The notes beneath the pieces were generated by a model. It was not told the origin of the DNA and searched no databases. It saw only the letters and a program-made list of their open reading frames with translations. Shown piece after piece: positions 8,682-17,991 of a stretch of DNA of 64,000 nt. This stretch comes from an uncultured delta proteobacterium (GTDB lineage Bacteria > Desulfobacterota > Binatia > UBA9968): the NCBI GenBank assembly GCA_963816145.1, contig CAWFJP010000016.1, forward strand, positions 1 through 64,000. The letters run 5' to 3'. Position numbers and translations under genes: made by a program. The first letter of the stretch is position 1; each line of letters begins with the position of its first letter.

Positions 8682-10946
8682 GTGAGCACTGCCAAACGTA
8701 GCTATTCCGTCGTCGGCAACTCTGTGCCGCGCGTCGACGGTGTCGACAAGGTGACAGGCCGGGCGAAGTATGTTGCCGACCTGTCAGTTCCAGGAATGAT
8801 CGAAGGCAAGTTTTTGCGCAGCCCCTGCGCGCATGCGCGCATCCGTTCGATCGACACCGCCGAGGCCGAAGCGATGCCCGGTGTCATCGCGGTGCTTACC
8901 AGCAAAGATCTGGATGACATCGGCCATTACATGGGGCGGGGAAAAAACAAGGACCAGCCGATCATCGCCACGGGACGGGTGATCTATGCCGGGCAGCCGG
9001 TGGCGGCTGTGGCGGCGCTTGACCGCGCCACCGCGGAAGAGGCTTTGAGCAAGATTCACGTCGATTATGACGAGCTGCCGGCGGTGATCACCGTTGAAGA
9101 AGCGACGGCCGACGGCGCGCCGCGGTTGCACGAGTTCGCCGAGAGAAATATTTGCGCCCGTCACGAACTGGTCAAGGGCGATGTTGAAAAGGGTTTCGCC
9201 GAGGCGGATGTGATTGTCGAGGACGAGTTCGAGTTTCCGATGATTTATCACTACTCGATGGAGCCGCATACGTCGATCGCCCAGGTCGACAGCGACGGCA
9301 TCACCATTTGGACGTCCACCGGTCATCCGTTCGGCGTGCGCGCCGACGTCGCCGAAGTTTTTCACACGCCGTTGTCCAAAGTGCGCGTGCATGTAAACTA
9401 CGTCGGCGGCGCCTACGGCAGCAAGTCGGGCGGTAAAATTGAACCGTTGGTCGCGGCGCTGGCGCGCAAAGCCAAGCGGCCGGTGCGGGTCGTCACATCG
9501 GTGGCCGAAGCGATGGTGACCTGCCGGCGCCATTCGCTCAAGTGCAAAGTCAAAACCGGCGTAAAAAACGACGGCACACTGGTGGCGAAGCAAGCGGAGA
9601 TGTATCTCAACACCGGCGCTTACGCCGAGACCGGCCCGACGGTGACGGGACGGACCTTGACGCGCATTCTCGGTCCCTATCGTTATCCGAATCTCAAGAT
9701 CAATTCCTACTGTGTTTACACCAACACCGTTTCCGCCGCGTCGTTTCGTTCCATCGGCGGGCCGCAGACTTCCTGGGCGACCGAATCGCAGATGGACATC
9801 ATCGCCCATAAGCTGGGCATCGATCCGGTGGAGCTGCGGCGCAAAAATCTTGTGAAGAAAGATGAAGAGCTGCGCCCAGGCTACAAACCGCTCGATACCG
9901 ACTTGGCCAAGGGTTTCAAGCTGGTCACCGACAAGTTGGGCTGGGACGGACCGGTGTCCAAAGAAGGCCACGGCCGTGGTTGCGGCTTTGGCACCACCGA
10001 TCCCGGCGCGCCGCTGGCGTCGACCTCGACCGTGCATATTCTCGCCGACGGCAGCGTGGTGTTCATGTGCGGCACTTCGGAGTTGGGCCAGGGCGCCAAG
10101 ACGATCATGAGCCAGATCATCGCCGAGGAGCTGCATGTGCCGCTTGACCGCGTGACGATAAGACCGATCGACACGGCGTTCACGCCCTTCGACCGCTCCA
10201 CCGGTTCGAGCCGTTCGACCACGGTGATGGGCAAGGCGGTTGAGTTGGCAGGAGGCGACGCGCGCCGGCAAATTGTCGAGCTCGCGGTCGAGCATTTTGA
10301 ATGTCCGGAAGAGGCGATTACTTTGAAAGACGGCAATGCGATCGCCGGTGGCAAGAAGGTGAGCTACGGCACGCTTATCAATCATCACTTCGCCGACCAG
10401 GGCGGCGAATTGGTCGGCACCGGCTATGCCCATAGCGGCATGGCGCCGACGCCGGCCAATCCGCTGTTCTGGGAGATCGGCATCGGCGCGGTCGAGGTGA
10501 GCGTCGATCAGGAAACCGGCAAAGTTCATGTCGAGAAATATGTCACCGCCGCCGACGCCGGCAAAGCGATCCATCCGCTGCAGTGCGAGGGACAGGACGA
10601 AGGCTCGGCGATGATGGGTTTCGGCCACACGTTTTACGAAGCCTATCAATGGGAAGGCGGGCAGATCATCAATTCGTCGCTGGTCGACTACAAGGTGCCT
10701 ACCTTCGACGACGTGCCGGACGAGTTCGAATCGATCTTGATTGAAGATGGTAACGGGCCGGGACCCTACGGCGCCAAAGGCTTGGGCGAAGGCGGCATCA
10801 TCCCGGTCGCCCCGGCGGTGGCGAATGCGGTCTTCTGGAGCACCGGGGCGCGGGTGAAGACGCTGCCGCTGACGCCGGAAAAAGTGTGGCGCGCGATCAA
10901 AGAGGCACAGGACGTAAAACAGAATGCGGAAACGAAGGGCTTGTAG
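8682..10946 (+). CDS. Xanthine dehydrogenase/CoxL family molybdopterin-binding large subunit
   Basis: RVDGVDKVTGRAKY, GGAYGSK, ELGQGA, DAGKAIHP, GPYGAKGLGE. Confidence 0.92.
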   Translation: MSTAKRSYSVVGNSVPRVDGVDKVTGRAKYVADLSVPGMIEGKFLRSPCAHARIRSIDTAEAEAMPGVIAVLTSKDLDDIGHYMGRGKNKDQPIIATGRVIYAGQPVAAVAALDRATAEEALSKIHVDYDELPAVITVEEATADGAPRLHEFAERNICARHELVKGDVEKGFAEADVIVEDEFEFPMIYHYSMEPHTSIAQVDSDGITIWTSTGHPFGVRADVAEVFHTPLSKVRVHVNYVGGAYGSKSGGKIEPLVAALARKAKRPVRVVTSVAEAMVTCRRHSLKCKVKTGVKNDGTLVAKQAEMYLNTGAYAETGPTVTGRTLTRILGPYRYPNLKINSYCVYTNTVSAASFRSIGGPQTSWATESQMDIIAHKLGIDPVELRRKNLVKKDEELRPGYKPLDTDLAKGFKLVTDKLGWDGPVSKEGHGRGCGFGTTDPGAPLASTSTVHILADGSVVFMCGTSELGQGAKTIMSQIIAEELHVPLDRVTIRPIDTAFTPFDRSTGSSRSTTVMGKAVELAGGDARRQIVELAVEHFECPEEAITLKDGNAIAGGKKVSYGTLINHHFADQGGELVGTGYAHSGMAPTPANPLFWEIGIGAVEVSVDQETGKVHVEKYVTAADAGKAIHPLQCEGQDEGSAMMGFGHTFYEAYQWEGGQIINSSLVDYKVPTFDDVPDEFESILIEDGNGPGPYGAKGLGEGGIIPVAPAVANAVFWSTGARVKTLPLTPEKVWRAIKEAQDVKQNAETKGL

Positions 10947-10980
10947 GCTTATGCTGCACGCTCGCGCACGGCATGCCAGA

Positions 10981-12063
10981 ATGGAAAACCTCGTGAATCG
11001 CTTCGTGAGAAGCAGTTGGGTGTTTCTCGTGGTGATTAGCTGGTTTTGCAGTTCGACGCTTCATGCCGCTGAAACGAACGTGGAGAGCCTGTTGGCGGAT
11101 ATCAATCGCAAGCCGCCGGAGCAGCGAGTGAAGTCTCTCATGGACGGGGCGAAGAAAGAAGGCGTGCTATACCACTATGGTTCGATCAATGCCCCCGACA
11201 ACGACGAGCTCACCAGAGGGTTCGCCAAACAGTACCCTTTCATCGAGATGCGCTATACGCGGTTGGGAGCCGAGCAGGTCGTCAACCGCGCGGTGACGGA
11301 ATCGCGCTCGGGGGTCCCCAGCGCCGACGTGATTTCATTGCGCGGAACGTTCATGCCTGAGCTCCTGGATAAGAAAATCGTTGCTCGATACAAGAGCCCG
11401 ATGGTGGCTTTTCTGCGACCTGGCTTCACCGACCCTGAAGGGTTCCTGGCGACTACCTTCGCGACCGGATACGCGATGATCTTTAACGTCACGAGGGTGA
11501 AGCCCGGGGAGGCACCCAAGTCGTACGAGGATTTGCTGCAGCCGCGCTGGAAGGGAAGATTGGTGCTGGATCAAGACGCCCATGACTGGTTCGCCGGCAT
11601 GATCGATCTCATGGGCGAGAACAAGGCCGCAGCTTTCTTAAGAAGGCTCGTGACCGAGCAGGGTTTGAAGCTCAAAAGAAACCATTCTCTGATCACGCAG
11701 TTGACCGCGGCCGGCGAGCACGATCTGTTCATCGACGGTTATATTCACAACGCTGTGGAATTCAAAACCAAAGGCGCACCGGTCGATTATGTCTTCACCA
11801 ATCCTACCATCGTGAAACCTCCATCGGTGATTGCGATCACGTCGAAGACCGCGCGTCCCCACGCGGCGGCATTGCTGCTCGACTATTATCTTTCGAAACC
11901 GGCTCAAGAAATCATGGCGCACAAACAGTCTCGCTGGACCACTCGCGCCGACGTCAAGTGGCTGACCGAACCCGGAACGGAGACTCATGTCGTTTCGCCG
12001 CTCAAATGGGGTCGCCGTTACAACGAGGTTGTCGAGTTGTTTCGAAAAACCACGGCGCAATAG
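10981..12063 (+). CDS. ABC-type extracellular solute-binding protein (Fe3+/thiamine-binding-like)
   Basis: Signal peptide, GAKKEG, PKSYEDLLQPRWKG, PHAAALLLDY. Confidence 0.8.
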   Translation: MENLVNRFVRSSWVFLVVISWFCSSTLHAAETNVESLLADINRKPPEQRVKSLMDGAKKEGVLYHYGSINAPDNDELTRGFAKQYPFIEMRYTRLGAEQVVNRAVTESRSGVPSADVISLRGTFMPELLDKKIVARYKSPMVAFLRPGFTDPEGFLATTFATGYAMIFNVTRVKPGEAPKSYEDLLQPRWKGRLVLDQDAHDWFAGMIDLMGENKAAAFLRRLVTEQGLKLKRNHSLITQLTAAGEHDLFIDGYIHNAVEFKTKGAPVDYVFTNPTIVKPPSVIAITSKTARPHAAALLLDYYLSKPAQEIMAHKQSRWTTRADVKWLTEPGTETHVVSPLKWGRRYNEVVELFRKTTAQ

Positions 12064-12184
12064 GAGTGGAGAGAGGGCTTTTGGATAGCTCGCAAAATTC
12101 ACTTAAAGTATCGCGCCTAATCCTGGCGGTCAGCCTGGTCGAAGGGCGCGGAACACGTTTTAAATGATAACCAACGGAGCCGAC

Positions 12185-13159
12185 ATGATCCGATCATCTA
12201 TCTCGCTTCAGATTTGCGCATTGTTGGTAGCGTTCTCTTCGGCCTGGGCGACGCGCGCCGGGGCTCAAACCAAGATGACCGTAGCATACTCGTCGATCGG
12301 CCCAATGGCGGCGGGCGTGTGGATGGCGAAGGATAGCGGCGCGTTCGAAAAATACGGGTTGCAAAGCGACATTCTGCTGATTACCTCGGGACCTTTATCC
12401 GTGCAGGCGCTTCTCGGCGGCGATCTGCAGGTGGTGAGCGCGGCGAGCAACGCGGTCGTCAACGCGGTCTTGAACGGCGCGCCGATCGTCGCGGTCGGCG
12501 GCACGGCCAACCGGCCGTATCACCGGTTGTTCGTACAGCCGGACATCAACCGTCTGGAGGATTTGCGCGGTAAATCGCTCGGGGTAACGCGCTTCGGTTC
12601 GATCACTGATAACTTGACCCGTATCCTGTTGCGCAAAAATGGTTTGGAAGGAGCGGTCAATGTTCGGCAGATGGGCGGCACCATTGAAGTGGCGGCGGCG
12701 TTTCAAAATCGCCTGATCGCCGGAGCGGTCACCTCGGAACTGCGCGTGTCGCCGCCAAGCCAGCCGAAAATCCTCGTGCGTTTGGTCGACATGGGCATTC
12801 CGTATTCCATGAACATGATCGCGGTCCAACGCGACTACTTGCGGCGCAACCCCGAGGCGGTTGAAAACATGGTGCGCGCTTATATTGACGGATTGGCGTT
12901 CATGCATCGGGAAAAGGAGCGGGCGCTGAAGATCATCGCCAAATACGCGCGTCTTAATGATGCCAAACTTATCGATCAATTTTATGACGATGCGATGACC
13001 TATTTGGACCGGGTTCCTCGAGCCGAACCCGAAGCCGTGCAGACGATCCTTGAGTTCATGGGCAAGAAGGGCGTTTCGTTGGATACGTTTCAGGACAATT
13101 CGATCGTCGACAAGCTGTCGCGCGAAGGCTTCTTCGATAAAGTCTTCAAGAAGCCGTAA
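12185..13159 (+). CDS. SsuA/TauA/NMT1(THI5)-like substrate-binding protein
   Basis: Signal peptide, GAFEKYGL, QALLGGD, DLRGKSLGVTRFGS, C-terminal DNSIVDKL..EGFFD. Confidence 0.85.
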   Translation: MIRSSISLQICALLVAFSSAWATRAGAQTKMTVAYSSIGPMAAGVWMAKDSGAFEKYGLQSDILLITSGPLSVQALLGGDLQVVSAASNAVVNAVLNGAPIVAVGGTANRPYHRLFVQPDINRLEDLRGKSLGVTRFGSITDNLTRILLRKNGLEGAVNVRQMGGTIEVAAAFQNRLIAGAVTSELRVSPPSQPKILVRLVDMGIPYSMNMIAVQRDYLRRNPEAVENMVRAYIDGLAFMHREKERALKIIAKYARLNDAKLIDQFYDDAMTYLDRVPRAEPEAVQTILEFMGKKGVSLDTFQDNSIVDKLSREGFFDKVFKKP

Positions 13160-13205
13160 TTGCGGTCGAGTTATCTCCCAAGGTCGGAGCGAGGAGGGGA
13201 AAAAC

Positions 13206-13940
13206 ATGAATAGGGTCGTTACCAGCGGTCTGAAAGAAGCGAAGGATGGCATCGAAGGCTACATCGCCCATCCCGAGCGCGCCGATAAAGGGCCGGCGAT
13301 TCTGATGATCCATCAACATTCGGGCTTGACCGGCTATTTGAAAACCGCCGCGTATAAATTCGCCCAGTTGGGTTACACCGCGGTGGTGCCCAATCTGTAT
13401 CATATGCTGGGTTATCCGGCGGAGACGCATATCGACAAAGGCACGGAGATTCAGAATAAGACGCCCGATCCGGATTTTGTCCGGGTCATCGACCGTGGCT
13501 GGCGCTATTGTTTATCGCGCAGCGACGTCGACGGCGCGCGGGTCGGGGTTGTCGGTTACTGCATGGGCGGGCGGCTGGGCATCCACTTCGTCGCGGCGAC
13601 GCCGACGGCGCGCGCCTTCGTCGCCTACTATCCGTCGGTGCGCGACGAACAGCCGACCAAAATCCGGCCGCGCCATCCCTGCGATGCCGCACGCGAGATC
13701 CAATGTCCGTCGATGATTCTCTACGGCGGCCATGACCAGCACAGCACCTTTCCAGTGCAGCAGCGGGTCATGGAAAGTTTTCATGCCAACGGCCAATCTT
13801 TAGAATGGCACTATTTCCACTTCGGCCACCATGGCTTCGCATCCACCGAGTCGGATGGTTACAATCCTTATCTCGCCGATCTGACTTGGCCGCTGGTTAC
13901 CGAGTTCCTCGGACGCGAGTTGAACGGCCCCGCTCGGTAG
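13206..13940 (+). CDS. Dienelactone hydrolase family protein
   Basis: GYCMGG nucleophile elbow, YGGHD, HHGF. Confidence 0.88.
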   Translation: MNRVVTSGLKEAKDGIEGYIAHPERADKGPAILMIHQHSGLTGYLKTAAYKFAQLGYTAVVPNLYHMLGYPAETHIDKGTEIQNKTPDPDFVRVIDRGWRYCLSRSDVDGARVGVVGYCMGGRLGIHFVAATPTARAFVAYYPSVRDEQPTKIRPRHPCDAAREIQCPSMILYGGHDQHSTFPVQQRVMESFHANGQSLEWHYFHFGHHGFASTESDGYNPYLADLTWPLVTEFLGRELNGPAR

Positions 13941-14129
13941 TCCGCGACGTAGCCAACGTGAACGCGGCGACGCCGCCGCTGATGCTCGGACGGATCGCTT
14001 ACGAGCCGTTGAACGACCGTTGTCCGGAGTTGGCGAATTCTTGGGCAAGGGCTGACGCTTCCCTGTGCAGTGACGGCGCATAATAGTCGATCGAACCTCT
14101 TATTGTGCGCTATTGTCGGATCATCCCGG

Positions 14130-14145
14130 TGGCACAGGGGTTGCT
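14130..14145 (+). promoter_or_regulatory. Sigma-54 (-24/-12) promoter
   Basis: TGGCAC-AGGGG-TTGCT is an exact consensus match, ~100 bp upstream of the SBP at 14242. Confidence 0.7.
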
Positions 14146-14241
14146 TTTGTTAATACGCCTGAACGCTCTGCCCTGTAGAAAGTTTGGGTTGCTCATAACG
14201 CTAACGACGGTACGTTTGCCGTGATCGGAACGGAGGTATCG

Positions 14242-15219
14242 ATGCGAGTGGTGCCGCGATTTTTCATCCTCACGTTTATCCAAGTGCTTTATTTAAGCAT
14301 GCCGATGCCCGGTGCTTCGGCGGAGCTTCGCAAATTCGTCATGGGCTACTCCACGGTCGGTGCCATGGCCGCGGGGATGTGGATGGCGAAGGAAATCGGC
14401 GCTTATGAAAAATACGGCATCGATGCCGAGCTGATCTACATTTCTTCCGGGCCGACGGTGGTTCAGGCCTTGCTGGGTGGCGATGTGGTCGGCGGCATCG
14501 CCGCAACCAATGCCGTGATCGCCGCCGTATTGCGCGGCGCGCCATTGGTCTCGGTGTTGAGCACTGCCAATCGCCCCTATCATCGCCTTTTCGTCCAACC
14601 TGAAATGACTCGCATCGAAGAGCTCAAAGGTAAAACCCTCGGCGTCACCCGTTTCGGATCGGTAACCGACAATCTCACCCGGATGATTCTTAAAAAATAC
14701 GGCTTGGAGAGCACGGTCAACGTTCGACAGATGGGCGGCACCATGGAAGTCAGTTCGGCGTTTCAGAACAAGCAGATCGCCGGCGCGGTGACATCGAGCC
14801 TGCGGGTCGACGGCACGGCGCAGCCGCGGGTGTTGCTCAAGCTCGAAGACCTCGGCTTCTTCTATTCGATGGATGTGATTGCTTACTCCCGCGAGGACCT
14901 TAAAAAATTCCCTCAAGTGGTCGACCGCATGACGCGGGCGTACACGGAAGGAGTGGCGGCGATTCACTTTCAGAAGGAGCGGGCCAACAAGACGATCGCC
15001 AAATACGCTCGGCTGCGCGATCAAAAAAAGATCGATGAAATTTATCAGGATTCGATTACCTACCTGGAGAGAACTCCACGAGTCGAGCCGGAAGCGATAA
15101 ACTCAATATTGGAATTCATGGGCAAGTCGGGAGTGCCGCTCGAGACTTTTGCCGATAACTCCATGGTCGACAGGATGGTGCGCGAAGGATTCATCGACAA
15201 GCTCTACAAAAAACCATAA
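14242..15219 (+). CDS. SsuA/NMT1-like substrate-binding protein, close paralog of 12185..13159
   Basis: GGAGG RBS, signal peptide, shared NRPYHRLFVQP, GVTRFGS.TDNLTR, VNVRQMGGT. Confidence 0.85.
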   Translation: MRVVPRFFILTFIQVLYLSMPMPGASAELRKFVMGYSTVGAMAAGMWMAKEIGAYEKYGIDAELIYISSGPTVVQALLGGDVVGGIAATNAVIAAVLRGAPLVSVLSTANRPYHRLFVQPEMTRIEELKGKTLGVTRFGSVTDNLTRMILKKYGLESTVNVRQMGGTMEVSSAFQNKQIAGAVTSSLRVDGTAQPRVLLKLEDLGFFYSMDVIAYSREDLKKFPQVVDRMTRAYTEGVAAIHFQKERANKTIAKYARLRDQKKIDEIYQDSITYLERTPRVEPEAINSILEFMGKSGVPLETFADNSMVDRMVREGFIDKLYKKP

Positions 15220-15239
15220 CCCAGCGGCGAGGGGGAAGC

Positions 15240-16184
15240 ATGAAAAAAATCATTTTCCCGGTCCTTGTGTTTTATGGGCTAACGCTTTCGACCCTGTGGG
15301 CGGCGACGCCGCAGCTGCCGCGGGTGCGAATCGCCTACTCTTCGATCAGTTCGATTTTTGCCGGGTTATGGGTCGCCAAGGACACCGGTGCTTTCGAAAA
15401 ATACGGCGTGCGCGGCGAGCTGCTTTACATCGGCGCTGGCAGCGTCGCAGTGCAGGCGATGATGGGCGGCGAGGTCGAAGTCGTCGCCGGCGCTGGCAAC
15501 GCGGTGATCGCCGCGACGTTGCAAGGCGCGCCGTTGGTTTCAGTGGGTTCCGTAGCGAACCTGGCGGCGATGACGTTGTGGGTGCAGCCTGAGATCAAAC
15601 GGCCGGAACAGCTGCAAGGCAAGACGCTCGGCATCTCGCGCCATGGCTCGACGACGCACTACTTGACGCTGGTCGCGCTTGAGAAAATCGGCTTGAAGGA
15701 CAAGGTCAAGCTGCAAGCCCTGGGCGGCGCGCCCGAGACCGACGCGTCGTTTCGCGCCGGGATGATCGCCGGCGCCGTGCGCTCGGTGAAGCCCGACCCA
15801 AAGGCCTACGGATTGGCGGACTTGGCGGAGCTCAAGATCCCCTTTCCAATGGATTTGTTCGCGGTGAACCGCGAGTATTACAAAAACTCGCAAAAACTGG
15901 TCGAGGGTATGCTCAGAGCCTACAGCGAAGGCGTCGCAACCATCAAGCGGCGCAAGCCGATCGCGGTCGAGATTATCAGAAAGTATCTGCGCAAGTCCGA
16001 CGTGGAGGATTCCTATGATTACGCGGCCAAATATCTCGAACGGGTGCCGAAAGTGGACCCAGCGGGCATTCAAACCGTGTTGGCATGGGAGGGTAAATCG
16101 GATATAGCTCCGAGCAGATTCTACGACAACGCTATTATAGACCGTCTGGTGCACGAAGGGTTTTTCGACGGTCTGTACAAGTAG
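15240..16184 (+). CDS. SsuA/NMT1-like substrate-binding protein
   Basis: Signal peptide, GAFEKYGV, LQGKTLGISRHGS. Confidence 0.85.
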   Translation: MKKIIFPVLVFYGLTLSTLWAATPQLPRVRIAYSSISSIFAGLWVAKDTGAFEKYGVRGELLYIGAGSVAVQAMMGGEVEVVAGAGNAVIAATLQGAPLVSVGSVANLAAMTLWVQPEIKRPEQLQGKTLGISRHGSTTHYLTLVALEKIGLKDKVKLQALGGAPETDASFRAGMIAGAVRSVKPDPKAYGLADLAELKIPFPMDLFAVNREYYKNSQKLVEGMLRAYSEGVATIKRRKPIAVEIIRKYLRKSDVEDSYDYAAKYLERVPKVDPAGIQTVLAWEGKSDIAPSRFYDNAIIDRLVHEGFFDGLYK

Positions 16185-16196
16185 CTGGGGGAGTTT

Positions 16197-16904
16197 ATGC
16201 AGGTAGCTGACTGGCGTAAGACAATCGGCGAAATGGTGCGCGACCATATGCGCTCGCCGGAGCTGGAGCATTACTTTTCGGTGAAAATGACCAGGCCGCG
16301 GGCGCAGTTGATGATCACGCAGTTGGGGCTTTACATCCGCCACCGGCGCGATTGCTGGGCGCATGTGTCCGCCAACTGTCCGGTCATGGGAGTGAAGCAG
16401 GCGATCCTGCAACATGAATACGGCGAGGTGATCAAAGACCAGTTCTCCGACTTCGGCCATCTGCAATTGATCATCAAGCAGGCCGAGAAGCTTGGCCTGA
16501 CGCCGCAGCAGGTCATCGACACCAAACCGATCGCGACGACCACCGCGACGCTCTATGCTTGGGCCTGGCTGACCCACGCCAAGAATTGGATAGAAGGGGT
16601 GTCGGCGTTGACCGTGACCGAATGGACCAACGACGACCGGCTGCTCAGGGATATCGGCGGAGGCCACTCGACGCGCATGGGCAGGCGCTGGACCGAAGAC
16701 ATGGGCATCCCCTGGCGCGATATGCCCAACTTTGTGGTTCATTCACAAGCGGATGAAGAGCATAGCGATATGTTTCTGCCGTTTCTGGAAAAGTATGCGA
16801 CCGGCGAGAAGGAAGAAATGGCCTTGAACGCGGTCAAGGAGTCGTTGGATTTGTTTGCGCTGTATCGTGAGGGCGTGGCGCGGGCGATGGAGAAAATTAA
16901 TTGA
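16197..16904 (+). CDS. Heme-oxygenase-like diiron protein, RRDCW class
   Basis: HEYGE...GH, VTEW, HSQADEEH ligand motifs. Confidence 0.8.
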   Translation: MQVADWRKTIGEMVRDHMRSPELEHYFSVKMTRPRAQLMITQLGLYIRHRRDCWAHVSANCPVMGVKQAILQHEYGEVIKDQFSDFGHLQLIIKQAEKLGLTPQQVIDTKPIATTTATLYAWAWLTHAKNWIEGVSALTVTEWTNDDRLLRDIGGGHSTRMGRRWTEDMGIPWRDMPNFVVHSQADEEHSDMFLPFLEKYATGEKEEMALNAVKESLDLFALYREGVARAMEKIN

Positions 16905-17007
16905 TTATGGATAATGGAGAATGGAAAAGGGTTGGCGATGGGCGCGATCTATCCTCAAGCTTTGATTCGGTGCGCCTTATGTGACCGTGATGTCCCTTCC
17001 CCCGTCT

Positions 17008-17139
17008 GAGGCTGTGTCGTAATGCGCAAACGCCCCACATCTGTCATCCCGAGCGCAGCGAGGGATCTCGTGTTTTCAGCCACATACGAAGAAGAGATTT
17101 CTCGGCTTCACCTCGAAATGACAATTGCGACACAGTCTG
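17008..17139 (+). mobile_element. 132-bp MITE copy 1, TSD TCT
   Basis: TIR gaggctgtgtcgtaa...ttgcgacacagtctg; tct at 17005-17007 and 17140-17142; near-identical to 23168-23299 and 37589-37720. Confidence 0.88.
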
Positions 17140-17168
17140 TCTCGGGGGAAGGCTAGGATGGGGGCCAG

Positions 17169-17561
17169 GTGCAAGCGGCACTGAAAAGGGCGAGGAAGCT
17201 ACGCAGCCATCTCACCGATGCTGAACAGATTTTTTGGCGCAATCTGCGCATGCGTCAAGTGGGTGGTTGTAAATTTCGCCGCCAGCGACCGATAGGCTCG
17301 TACATAGTGGATTTTGTCTGTTTGGAGAAAAAATTAATCGTGGAGTTGGATGGCGGGCAGCACGCCGAACGACATCGCTATGATACATCGCGAGACCGTT
17401 GGCTGAATATTCAAGGATACGAAGTGCTCCGTTTCTGGAATGATCAAGTGCTGACAAAGATAGAGGATGTTAAAGAAGCGATATATCGCGCGCTGACTGA
17501 GCCCCCACCTTCGTCCTCCCCCGGGGCGGGGGAGGATAGTATGAGTTCGGAGCCGTGCTAG
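17169..17561 (+). CDS. DUF559 / very-short-patch-repair-like endonuclease
   Basis: ARKLR..TDAE, KFRRQRPIGSYIVDFVC, ELDGGQH, RD, VLRFWN. Confidence 0.9.
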   Translation: MQAALKRARKLRSHLTDAEQIFWRNLRMRQVGGCKFRRQRPIGSYIVDFVCLEKKLIVELDGGQHAERHRYDTSRDRWLNIQGYEVLRFWNDQVLTKIEDVKEAIYRALTEPPPSSSPGAGEDSMSSEPC

Positions 17562-17609
17562 GTGCTAGATCTGCTATTGAATCGACTCAAGACACTTTAA
17601 GGAGGACCT

Positions 17610-17948
17610 ATGGAAAAACCACGTATCAGACATATCGCGATCAACGTCGAGGATCTCGACAAAACCGCGGAGTACTACAAGAGAGTCTTCGGCATGGAAG
17701 AGAAGCATCGGCGGCCTGGAGGGACGATTTATTTATCCGACGGCCATATGGATTTGGCGCTGATTCACAGCGACAAATATCCTTGGGGCATTCATCACTT
17801 CGGTTTCAAGGTCGAAAGTGTTGAAGAGATCGAGAGAATCGCCAACACGACCGCCGAAGAAAATACTTACGGAGCGATTGCCGAGAGCTGGATTAAAGAC
17901 GTCGAAGGCAATCGCGTCGATGTCTCGAAACATGGTTGGCCGGTCTGA
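17610..17948 (+). CDS. VOC/glyoxalase family protein
   Basis: IRHIAINV, GIHHFGFKV, DVEGNRVDVS; AGGAGG RBS. Confidence 0.88.
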   Translation: MEKPRIRHIAINVEDLDKTAEYYKRVFGMEEKHRRPGGTIYLSDGHMDLALIHSDKYPWGIHHFGFKVESVEEIERIANTTAEENTYGAIAESWIKDVEGNRVDVSKHGWPV

Positions 17949-17991
17949 TTTTTTGTTCAAGGTTCAAGGGTTCGAAAGTTCAAGGTTTCGG

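Noticed and set aside
8784-10649. 621-aa minus-strand ORF and similar long antisense ORFs (15540..16742, 34578..35792, 37883..38845, 45537..46685)
   Set aside because: These are shadow frames of well-supported genes in GC-rich DNA, with no recognisable motifs.
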